From: a virus
Lineage: Duplodnaviria > Heunggongvirae > Uroviricota > Caudoviricetes
DNA: 43,340 nucleotides
IMG/VR virus record: IMGVR_UViG_3300034095_001584
Reading direction: 5' to 3' (one strand)
Positions 36,523 through 43,340 of this stretch are shown here, one piece after another. Made by a program: the position numbers and the translations under genes. How positions within the stretch are numbered: the first letter of the stretch is position 1; each line of letters opens with the position of its first letter. The notes under the pieces are model-generated. The model was not told where the DNA came from, did no database searches, and saw only the letters and a program-made list of their open reading frames with translations.

Positions 36523-37581
36523 ATGAAAACAGTATTAAATAAAAGAAACATAGACCAATTAAGAAATCCAATGTTCTTGGGTGAAGATCTATCTCTACAA
36601 AGATATGATTTGATCAAGTATCCTAAGTTCTATGATCTATATGATCAACAGTTGAATTTCTTTTGGAGACCTCAGGAAGTTTCCTTGGTAAAAGATATTA
36701 GTGATTATAAGAATCTTTCACCTGAAGAACGTTTTGTATTTGATAGTAACCTTAAGTTTCAGACTATGACTGATAGTATGTTGAGTCGTAGTATTCATGA
36801 ACTTATGAAACATGTAACCAATAGTGAATTGGAAATTTGTATGAATTCATGGAGTTTCTTTGAAACTATTCACAGTAACAGTTATACATACATTCTTAAC
36901 AACGTTTATCCAGATGCTACCAAGTTCTTTGATAGTGTCTTGGAAGACAAAGAAATTGTTAAGAGAGCTACTGCAATCAGTAAGAAGTATGATGAACTAT
37001 TGACACCATCTGATGATGTTAAACAACAATTATTTGATGCAGTATTAGCTACCCAAATTACTGAAGGGTTGATCTTCTATGTATCATTTGCTTGTAGTTT
37101 CTACTTTGGATATCGTGGAAAGATGGAGGGTAACAGTAAGATTATTAAGTTTATTAGCCGTGATGAAAATCTACACGTAGCTATTACCCAGAACATTATG
37201 AAGAACTGGATCAATAATCCAGATGAAGGATTCCAAGATATTGTTAAGAAGAATGAAGACAAGATCTATGCTGCTTATGAAATGGCAGTAAATGCTGAAA
37301 AAGACTGGGCAGATTATCTATTCAGTAAAGGTAGTTTGATTGGATTGACTGCTGAAAGTCTAAAAAATTACATTGAATGGTTGGCTAATAATAGACTAAC
37401 CAGTTTAGGATATAAGAAATTGTATCCTAATAGTAAAACCAATCCATTAGCTGGATGGTTGGATAGTTATTATGACAGTAAAAAACTACAAGTAGCTCCT
37501 CAAGAAACTGAGTTAAGTAGTTATGTAAAAGGTATTGATAATACCATCAGTGAGAACGCATTTGATGACTTCAAATTGTAA
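36523..37581 (+). CDS. nrdB: Ribonucleoside-diphosphate reductase class Ia beta subunit
   Basis: FFWRPQEV, FQTMTDS, FETIHSNSY (radical Tyr), EGLIFYVSFA, RDENLH, QVAPQETE. Confidence 0.96.
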   Translation: MKTVLNKRNIDQLRNPMFLGEDLSLQRYDLIKYPKFYDLYDQQLNFFWRPQEVSLVKDISDYKNLSPEERFVFDSNLKFQTMTDSMLSRSIHELMKHVTNSELEICMNSWSFFETIHSNSYTYILNNVYPDATKFFDSVLEDKEIVKRATAISKKYDELLTPSDDVKQQLFDAVLATQITEGLIFYVSFACSFYFGYRGKMEGNSKIIKFISRDENLHVAITQNIMKNWINNPDEGFQDIVKKNEDKIYAAYEMAVNAEKDWADYLFSKGSLIGLTAESLKNYIEWLANNRLTSLGYKKLYPNSKTNPLAGWLDSYYDSKKLQVAPQETELSSYVKGIDNTISENAFDDFKL

Positions 37582-37612
37582 TAAAATATTTTGAATAATG
37601 TCCATAAGTTAT

Positions 37613-37620
37613 ATATTTAT
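37613..37620 (+). promoter_or_regulatory. Candidate phage late promoter ATATTTAT
   Basis: 12 nt upstream of the ATG at 37633. Confidence 0.5.
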
Positions 37621-37632
37621 TTTGTATAACTT

Positions 37633-38007
37633 ATGGACCAAAATATTATTTTAACTTTAATTGGAATTGTACCTGCTGTAGTAGCCTCTGTAGTAACTTA
37701 CGGAATTTCTTCTAAGAAGACTAAAGTTGATTTGGTTAAATTGATTAATCAATCTAGTGATAAGTTGAGAACTGAAGTTAAGGTAGAATTAGAAGAATGC
37801 AGAAAAGATAGAGAAGCAATCAGAAGTGAATTGAATGTCTATAAGAAAGAAAATGAATCTATAAAGAAAGAGTTGGAAGAACAAAAGAAAGAAAATAAAA
37901 AGTTAAAGTCTGAACTAAATGAATTAGAAATTAAGTTAGACGCAGCAAATGATTTGATTTCAAAATTAGCAGAAAGTAAAGTATCCAAAAAGAAATTGAC
38001 AAAGTGA
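37633..38007 (+). CDS. Membrane-anchored coiled-coil protein (possible holin/lysis accessory)
   Basis: Single N-terminal hydrophobic helix IILTLIGIVPAVVASVVTYGI followed by a long heptad coiled coil. Confidence 0.6.
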   Translation: MDQNIILTLIGIVPAVVASVVTYGISSKKTKVDLVKLINQSSDKLRTEVKVELEECRKDREAIRSELNVYKKENESIKKELEEQKKENKKLKSELNELEIKLDAANDLISKLAESKVSKKKLTK

Positions 38008-38023
38008 TATAGTATAATATACT
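37996..38023 (+). promoter_or_regulatory. Sigma70-type promoter for the Mom-like gene, probably leaderless
   Basis: TTGACA (37996-38001), N16, TATACT (38018-38023); GTG at 38030 and ATG at 38033. Confidence 0.65.
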
Positions 38024-38029
38024 ATATTA

Positions 38030-38815
38030 GTGATGACGGAAGAAAGATATTGTGATACATCTTTGGTATATCTGAGTCCATTAAACAAGAATGTGGCAAA
38101 AGATTTGATTGTAAAGAACCATTATACACACAAATGGAGTCTTTGTACTGTTGCATATGGTGTTTATTATAAAGAATATATTGAGAGTACATTCTTTGGT
38201 GGTTTTAATAGTAAATTAATTGGTGTATTAGTATATGGAAATGCTGTTGGTAGAAATGCTAGCACAAGCGTGTCACCGCTGTTAGTAAACAATAATGTGT
38301 TGGAATTAACAAGGGTATGGATTGCGGATGGATATGGCAAGAACATAGAGAGTTATTGTATTGCTGAGTCATTTAGACAACTCAACACGGATTATCCAGA
38401 TATTAAGTGTATTTTGAGTTATTCAGACAGTGAAGCTGGTCATTCTGGAACAATTTATCAAGCTACTGGGTTTTTGTATCAAGGAGACAATTATGTAGAT
38501 ATTGCTTTGATGCCTAATTATAGTGTTAGTTTACATGGCCCCCCCGACTATAATTGGATACATAGCAGGACTGTATATTCAAAGTGGAAGACACATAATG
38601 TTGATAAATTGAAAGAAAGAATAGGTAAAACGTTCTGGAGGAAAAGAGAAAGCGGTAAACATAGATATATTAAGTTTATAACTTCTAAGATAGAAAACAA
38701 AAAACTGGTCAAATCATTGAAACACAAGGTATTACCTTATCCAAAGAACGTTTCTTTTAAAGAAGAAGTAACTGAGATATTAGTAGATAGTAAAAGCAAT
38801 AATACGTTTTTTTAG
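38030..38815 (+). CDS. Mom-family (GNAT fold) DNA adenine modification enzyme
   Basis: IVKNHY, LIGVLVYG, LELTRVW, KNIESYCI and ILSYSDSEAGHSGTIYQATGF, the Mu Mom-like pattern. Confidence 0.8.
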   Translation: MMTEERYCDTSLVYLSPLNKNVAKDLIVKNHYTHKWSLCTVAYGVYYKEYIESTFFGGFNSKLIGVLVYGNAVGRNASTSVSPLLVNNNVLELTRVWIADGYGKNIESYCIAESFRQLNTDYPDIKCILSYSDSEAGHSGTIYQATGFLYQGDNYVDIALMPNYSVSLHGPPDYNWIHSRTVYSKWKTHNVDKLKERIGKTFWRKRESGKHRYIKFITSKIENKKLVKSLKHKVLPYPKNVSFKEEVTEILVDSKSNNTFF

Positions 38816-39393
38816 TTAAATTTGTTAACAACTGATTCAGTTGTACATTTTTCACATTCTAAATATTTTGTGTGATTCAAATCGATAAATTTAGGATTAA
38901 TCCACCAATCTTCAAAATACTGTGTTTCATATAATGGAGGACATGTTAAATCTTGACACAACAGATGGTAACCTGCGTTTTTTAATATTTTTCGTTGAAC
39001 ATCACGGGGTACTGTGCCAAATCTATAACTGTCGTGTTCAATTGTTATTACTTTAAATTGATATATATCCAAGGGTATTCTTTCAAGGCAATCCGTGGTA
39101 TTTTCATCGATGTCTAACGACAGATAATCAATTATTTTAGGTACTTTATATTCTAAAAATAGATACTTATAACACAATTCAATTGCATTAAAATTGATAT
39201 AATTACACTTTCTGGAACTATAATTAAATTTTTCCATTTCAATACAAATACCGTTCCACCCAACAGATTCTAAAAAATAACTGTTGTTACCAATAATTGG
39301 TTCATTCGATCCAATATCTATAAAATATCCGATGTTATTTTTATTTAAAATATTATAAACAAATTTATCTTGGTGTGAAGATGAATAAAACAT
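38812..39393 (-). CDS. FkbM-family SAM-dependent methyltransferase
   Basis: QDKFV, YFIDIGS, NNSYFLESVGWNGICIE, IDYLSLDID, VITIEHD, EDWW. Confidence 0.82.
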   Translation of the reverse strand: MFYSSSHQDKFVYNILNKNNIGYFIDIGSNEPIIGNNSYFLESVGWNGICIEMEKFNYSSRKCNYINFNAIELCYKYLFLEYKVPKIIDYLSLDIDENTTDCLERIPLDIYQFKVITIEHDSYRFGTVPRDVQRKILKNAGYHLLCQDLTCPPLYETQYFEDWWINPKFIDLNHTKYLECEKCTTESVVNKFN

Positions 39394-39443
39394 ATTGTTG
39401 ATACATATAATTCAAAATAACCATAATAATTTGTTTTTTCATC

Positions 39444-39451
39444 ATATTTAT
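39444..39451 (+). promoter_or_regulatory. Candidate phage late promoter ATATTTAT
   Basis: 5 nt before the ATG at 39457; context atatttataccatATG is nearly identical to atatatataccatATG at 10525-10540. Confidence 0.6.
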
Positions 39452-39456
39452 ACCAT

Positions 39457-40113
39457 ATGAACAAAGAAGATTTAAAAAGATTAATCAGAGAATGCGTCAC
39501 TCAAGTTAAACTTGAAAAGAAATTGAAGTCTTTGATCAAGGAATCATTGGATGCAATCAAAATTACAAAGCAAGAATCTCTTGCGGAAAAGATGCAAGAT
39601 TTGGCTGATGCAGTAAAAAAGATCAAATCAGACGCAGAAGTTACATTGGATGATGCAAAAAGATACAATGTTTGTTATTGTAACCCTCATCATTTCAGCA
39701 TTTATCCAATGACTGATGATAATTTTACCGTTACTTATTTCAAAGATAATACAGATAGAACCAAGAAATTCAATCTTACATTTGAAGAATTGAAGAAATA
39801 TGTAACTGAAACACTAAAAGAAAACGTAGGAGATTATGTCCAAAAAGCTTATAATAAAGCAGCTGAAAACAGCAAGGACAAAGAATCTAAGAAAGAAGAA
39901 GGTCCACAAGAAACTGATGAAAAGGTTGTAGATCAAGTAGAAGACAAGAAAGATCTACCAGATTCTCAAATGCAATCAGTTGACAAAATCAAGAAACAAG
40001 TGGATCATAGTGTTAAAGGTGAAAAGGCTTCTTATAAGTATCCTAAACAAACTGATAAGAAATTGACTGTCAAACCAAAGACATTCAAGGGTAAAACAAA
40101 CAAAAAGAAATAA
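39457..40113 (+). CDS. Hypothetical Lys/Glu-rich protein (possible internal head protein)
   Basis: N-terminal LKRLIRE..LKSLIKE repeats; highly charged C-terminal half. Confidence 0.7.
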   Translation: MNKEDLKRLIRECVTQVKLEKKLKSLIKESLDAIKITKQESLAEKMQDLADAVKKIKSDAEVTLDDAKRYNVCYCNPHHFSIYPMTDDNFTVTYFKDNTDRTKKFNLTFEELKKYVTETLKENVGDYVQKAYNKAAENSKDKESKKEEGPQETDEKVVDQVEDKKDLPDSQMQSVDKIKKQVDHSVKGEKASYKYPKQTDKKLTVKPKTFKGKTNKKK

Positions 40114-40114
40114 T

Positions 40115-40429
40115 ATGAAAAATAAAATCGCATTGGGTTTGGCTGCATTTGTAGCACTTACCAATGTAAAAGCCGGTGACAGAGAGTGGGCCGTAGTAGG
40201 TAAAGTTCTTACTGGTGTAGCTGCTCTTCATGTAGTTGAAAGGATTGTATGTCCTCCACAACCACAAGTAGTATATGTTAATCAACCAGTTGTAGTTCAC
40301 TCTGCTCCTGTTGTACAATATGTACCACCACCACAAGTTGTATATGTTCCACAACCTGTTTATTATTATCAACCAGCACCAGTGGTAGTTGTTCACGGAC
40401 ATTATCATGGTCACTGGCACAGATATTAA
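40115..40429 (+). CDS. Secreted Pro/Val/Tyr-rich small protein
   Basis: Signal peptide MKNKIALGLAAFVALTNVKA, then GDREWAVVGKVLTGV, PQVVYV repeats and a His-rich tail; followed by a terminator. Confidence 0.8.
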   Translation: MKNKIALGLAAFVALTNVKAGDREWAVVGKVLTGVAALHVVERIVCPPQPQVVYVNQPVVVHSAPVVQYVPPPQVVYVPQPVYYYQPAPVVVVHGHYHGHWHRY

Positions 40430-40445
40430 AATTAAGTTTAAACGT

Positions 40446-40476
40446 AAAACTGCTAGGTCAAACTAGCAGTTTTTTT
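40446..40476 (+). terminator. Rho-independent terminator, possibly bidirectional
   Basis: AAAACTGCTAG-gtcaaa-CTAGCAGTTTT plus further T residues. Confidence 0.88.
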
Positions 40477-40486
40477 ATTTTTGGAG

Positions 40487-40515
40487 TTGACGTTCAAAGA
40501 AACCCGTGGTAGAGT
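40487..40515 (+). promoter_or_regulatory. Sigma70-type promoter for the AAA+/VWA operon
   Basis: TTGACG (40487-40492), N17, extended -10 TGg-TAGAGT (40510-40515); ATG at 40528. Confidence 0.6.
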
Positions 40516-40527
40516 GTCTTCTGTAAT

Positions 40528-41499
40528 ATGAAGAATAAATCATCTCTGAATCTTGTAACTGTTGACGCATCTCAAGTTAAGTCCTTCATCAAGGACTGTG
40601 ACAAGTTGAAGCCATCCTCTTTGGTGATGGATTCAATTAAATGGAAGTATCTTGTACGCAGTGTAATGCGTGGCAAGAACATTCTTATCGTTGGACCTAC
40701 TGGATGTGGCAAGACATTGGCTGCTCAAACTGTAGCTAAGGCTCTAGAACGTCCTTACTTTTATTTCAATCTTGGTGCTACCCAAGATGCTCGTAGTGCT
40801 CTTATTGGTAATACTCATTATGATAAGAACACTGGTACTTACTTCAATGAATCCGCCTTTGTTAAGGCTATTAAGACTCCAAACGCAGTAATCTTGATGG
40901 ATGAAGTTAGCCGTGCTCATCATGATGCTTGGAATGTATTGATGACTGTTCTGGATGATCTACAACGTTATCTTCGTTTGGATGAAAAGAAGGACAGTGA
41001 AGTGGTTAGTGTAGCTGAAGGTGTATGTTTCATTGGTACGGCTAATATTGGTAATGAGTATACTTCTACCCGTGTTATGGACCGTGCTTTGATGAGCCGT
41101 TTTCCTGTCAAACTGGAAATGAGTCCATTGTCTAAAGATGTTGAGTTTAACTATCTAAAGAACCGTTTCAATATTTCTGAAATGGAACATCTTTATATTT
41201 TGAATGCGGTTGTTGAAATTGCGGTTCATACCCGTGATCAGATTAAGAGTGAGGACAGTAAATTGAGTAATTTTATTCCTACTCGTTCAACCGTTGAAAT
41301 TTCAGAATTGATCTTAGATGGATTTAATTTGCTTGAAATTGCTGAGACTGCCATTTATCCTAACTTTGCGGTTGAAGGAGGTATGGATAGTGAACGGACA
41401 TATGTAAAACAGTTGGTCCAGAAGTACGTCAAGGTTGAAACTAAGGACAAGTTGTTTTCAGATCCATTGGCTAAGTCACTAGAACAACCTCCGTTCTAA
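40528..41499 (+). CDS. MoxR-family AAA+ ATPase (CbbQ/NorQ/CobS-like)
   Basis: Walker A GPTGCGKT, LIG, Walker B ILMDEVSR, GTAN, MDRALMSRF (Arg finger), PTR (sensor 2). Confidence 0.9.
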   Translation: MKNKSSLNLVTVDASQVKSFIKDCDKLKPSSLVMDSIKWKYLVRSVMRGKNILIVGPTGCGKTLAAQTVAKALERPYFYFNLGATQDARSALIGNTHYDKNTGTYFNESAFVKAIKTPNAVILMDEVSRAHHDAWNVLMTVLDDLQRYLRLDEKKDSEVVSVAEGVCFIGTANIGNEYTSTRVMDRALMSRFPVKLEMSPLSKDVEFNYLKNRFNISEMEHLYILNAVVEIAVHTRDQIKSEDSKLSNFIPTRSTVEISELILDGFNLLEIAETAIYPNFAVEGGMDSERTYVKQLVQKYVKVETKDKLFSDPLAKSLEQPPF

Positions 41500-41530
41500 T
41501 AAATAAACAAAACATTGCCTGTCAAAATAT

Positions 41531-43340
41531 ATGAGTAATTACAGTGATTATTGGTTGGATGATGATGACATCTATCAAGATGATATTGATGCGGGTTCAT
41601 CTGTAAACTTCAATCTAATTAAGTTGGCTGTAGCACGCCGTGCTGTAAGTAACTTTGTTAATATTTTGACAGGCAAATCTATTCCTGTTTATTTTAGTTC
41701 TGAAGGTAAGGATAATTGTACTGATGGTAAGACTGTATATTTGTCCGCAGATATTCTGGATAAATCTGATTTTGATCCTGCTGTAGGACTTGCACTGCAT
41801 GAAGGTAGTCATGTTGTATTGTCTGATTTTGATTTGATTAAGACTATTTGGACAAAGGTTGATCGTAGTCTTTATGATTTGGCACAACCACTTCAAGTTA
41901 GTAAAGATGAGGTAGCTGTCTTGGTTAAGACCTGTCTTAACTATGTAGAAGATCGTTATATTGACTGGTATGTATATAACAATGCTCCAGGCTATCGTGG
42001 ATATTATTTGGCGTTGTATGAGAAGTTTTTTGATAGTCCAAAGATTAAAGTGATGTTAAAGAGCAATCTATATCGTGTGCCTTCTATTGAAAGTTATGAA
42101 ACTCGTATGATTAACTTTACAAATGAAAATACTGATTTGGATGCATTGCCTGGATTGCGTGAAATTGCTAAAGTAATTAATCTGTCTAATATTCAACGGT
42201 TGACTACACCAAAAGACCGTTTGAATGTTGCTATGGAAGTAGCTAAAATCATTCTTAGTAACATCACTGAACACAAAAAGAAAAAGAATGAATTATCAGA
42301 TGAAGTTGGTGAAGGAGAATCAGTAGATGATGCATTGGGTGGAGAAAAGGTGGAGTCACCATCATCAACTGATGATGTAAAGAATGATAGTAGTTTTGAT
42401 CCTGAAGTATCAGATAGTAAAAATAAACAAATCAAGAAAGCTATTCAGAAACAGAAAGATTTCTTGAACGGTAATATTAAGAAAAAGAGGGTTAATAAAA
42501 AGGAAAAGAAGATTCTTGACGCAATTGAACAGAGTGGAATGACACTGGTAAAGAGTGGATCTGATTATCTTAAATCAGATGGATACTACAGCATTGATAC
42601 TATTCTTGTAACTAAATTGACTAAAGAATTGATTGAGACTGATGTATTTCCGTTGAAGTATGTTGTATACAATCATTATACTGGACGGTATGATTCTACT
42701 GCTGTTATTAATCAAGACAACCAAAAGGCTGTAAATGCTGGATTGGTAATGGGTGCGGCTCTTGGACGGAAACTACAGATTCGTAGTGAAGTTAATAATA
42801 CCAAGTATATGCGTAAGCCTGTTGGTAAGATTGACCGTAGGATTTTATCTGAACTGTCTTTTGACAATGAAAATGTATTTCATACAATTGATGTTTCAAA
42901 GTATAAACATTCATACATTCACATTTCTGTAGATGCAAGTGCAAGTATGAGAGGAGACAAATGGGCAAAGACTATTACTAGTGTTGTGGCTATTTGTAAG
43001 GCTGCTTCTATGATTGATAATCTAAGGGTTACCGTATCATTTAGAACTACATTTAATTCTAGTAACAGTAATTGTTCTTCTAATCCTTATGTGATTATTG
43101 GATATGATTCTGCTGTGGATAAGATCAGTAAAATTAAGTCATTGTTTCCATATTTGAGTCCAAATGGATCTACTCCAGAAGGATTGTCATATGAAGCAAT
43201 TATGAAACATTTGCCGGAAACATCCGCAGATTCAGATTATTATTTTCTGAATTTCAGTGATGGTGAACCAGCTATGAACTATACCACACAGAACGGTGAT
43301 CGTATCAGTTATAGTCAAGAATCTGCTGCTCTTCATACCA
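41531..43340 (+). CDS. Metallopeptidase-like (HExxH) plus VWA domain protein, CobT-like partner of the MoxR ATPase (3' truncated; absent from the ORF track)
   Basis: Open from ATG 41531 to the window end: MSNYSDYWLDDD..TDGKTV..GLALHEGSH..NYVEDRYID..PGYRGYY, an acidic linker, GKIDRR, MIDAS VDASASM, GSTPEG, FSDGEP. Confidence 0.88.
   Translation, partial: MSNYSDYWLDDDDIYQDDIDAGSSVNFNLIKLAVARRAVSNFVNILTGKSIPVYFSSEGKDNCTDGKTVYLSADILDKSDFDPAVGLALHEGSHVVLSDFDLIKTIWTKVDRSLYDLAQPLQVSKDEVAVLVKTCLNYVEDRYIDWYVYNNAPGYRGYYLALYEKFFDSPKIKVMLKSNLYRVPSIESYETRMINFTNENTDLDALPGLREIAKVINLSNIQRLTTPKDRLNVAMEVAKIILSNITEHKKKKNELSDEVGEGESVDDALGGEKVESPSSTDDVKNDSSFDPEVSDSKNKQIKKAIQKQKDFLNGNIKKKRVNKKEKKILDAIEQSGMTLVKSGSDYLKSDGYYSIDTILVTKLTKELIETDVFPLKYVVYNHYTGRYDSTAVINQDNQKAVNAGLVMGAALGRKLQIRSEVNNTKYMRKPVGKIDRRILSELSFDNENVFHTIDVSKYKHSYIHISVDASASMRGDKWAKTITSVVAICKAASMIDNLRVTVSFRTTFNSSNSNCSSNPYVIIGYDSAVDKISKIKSLFPYLSPNGSTPEGLSYEAIMKHLPETSADSDYYFLNFSDGEPAMNYTTQNGDRISYSQESAALHT

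Noticed and set aside
30474-37581. Inteins or group I introns in recA, helicase, nrdA or nrdB
   Set aside because: All four are normal length with contiguous motifs.
1909-42435. Short track ORFs overlapping long genes (e.g. 1909, 4835, 5630, 11977, 12568, 13589, 16541, 17399, 18053, 22398, 25371, 27391, 27769, 28522, 28602, 28702, 29195, 31200, 31608, 32076, 32806, 32997, 33891, 36052, 36396, 39976, 40085, 41615, 42068, 42193)
   Set aside because: They are antisense or out-of-frame shadows of well-supported genes and have no recognisable motifs.
1-43340. Stop-codon reassignment (TAG/TGA recoding seen in some large phages)
   Set aside because: Genes are full length in the standard code, and both TAG (38813-38815) and TGA (29459-29461, 38005-38007) end ORFs at sensible places.
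1-43340. tRNA or rRNA genes
   Set aside because: Intergenic gaps are short and AT-rich, and I saw no cloverleaf or T-loop signature; tRNAscan/Infernal were not run.

Overview
This window is a segment of a large, AT-rich (roughly 70% AT by eye) dsDNA tailed phage genome of jumbo-phage/T4-like myovirus type. It reads cleanly in the standard bacterial code, and I found no tRNA, rRNA or CRISPR array. From left to right: (1) the C-terminus of a fibre protein with Gly-X-Ser and collagen GPQ repeats and a Peptidase_S74 chaperone domain; (2) a divergently transcribed cluster of nine glycosyltransferase-like genes, including a TibC/AAH-type protein O-heptosyltransferase, plus an OGFOD1/Tpa1-like 2OG-Fe(II) hydroxylase; (3) a HAD nucleotidase, a Pol-beta-type nucleotidyltransferase and an antisense homing-endonuclease-like gene; (4) a tail module (gp19-like tube, NMNAT/cytidylyltransferase-like enzyme, gp26-like/chaperone gene followed by an unannotated frameshift ORF, tape measure protein, baseplate genes); (5) a replication module (short divergent PolA, gp32-like SSB, UvsX/RecA, 5'-3' exonuclease, DnaB/gp41 helicase, class Ia NrdAB); (6) a Mom-like acetyltransferase, an FkbM methyltransferase, a secreted Pro/Val-rich protein, and a MoxR AAA+ ATPase with a HExxH/VWA partner that runs off the window end. 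The most interesting inferences are a phage-encoded glycosylation/hydroxylation system for Ser-rich collagen-like fibres, a +1/-2 programmed frameshift upstream of the tape measure gene, an ATATTTAT late-promoter-like motif with mostly leaderless starts, and a set of enzymes carrying (L/I)-x-E motifs that may be packaged in the head. All protein family calls come from motif recognition; no database search was run.
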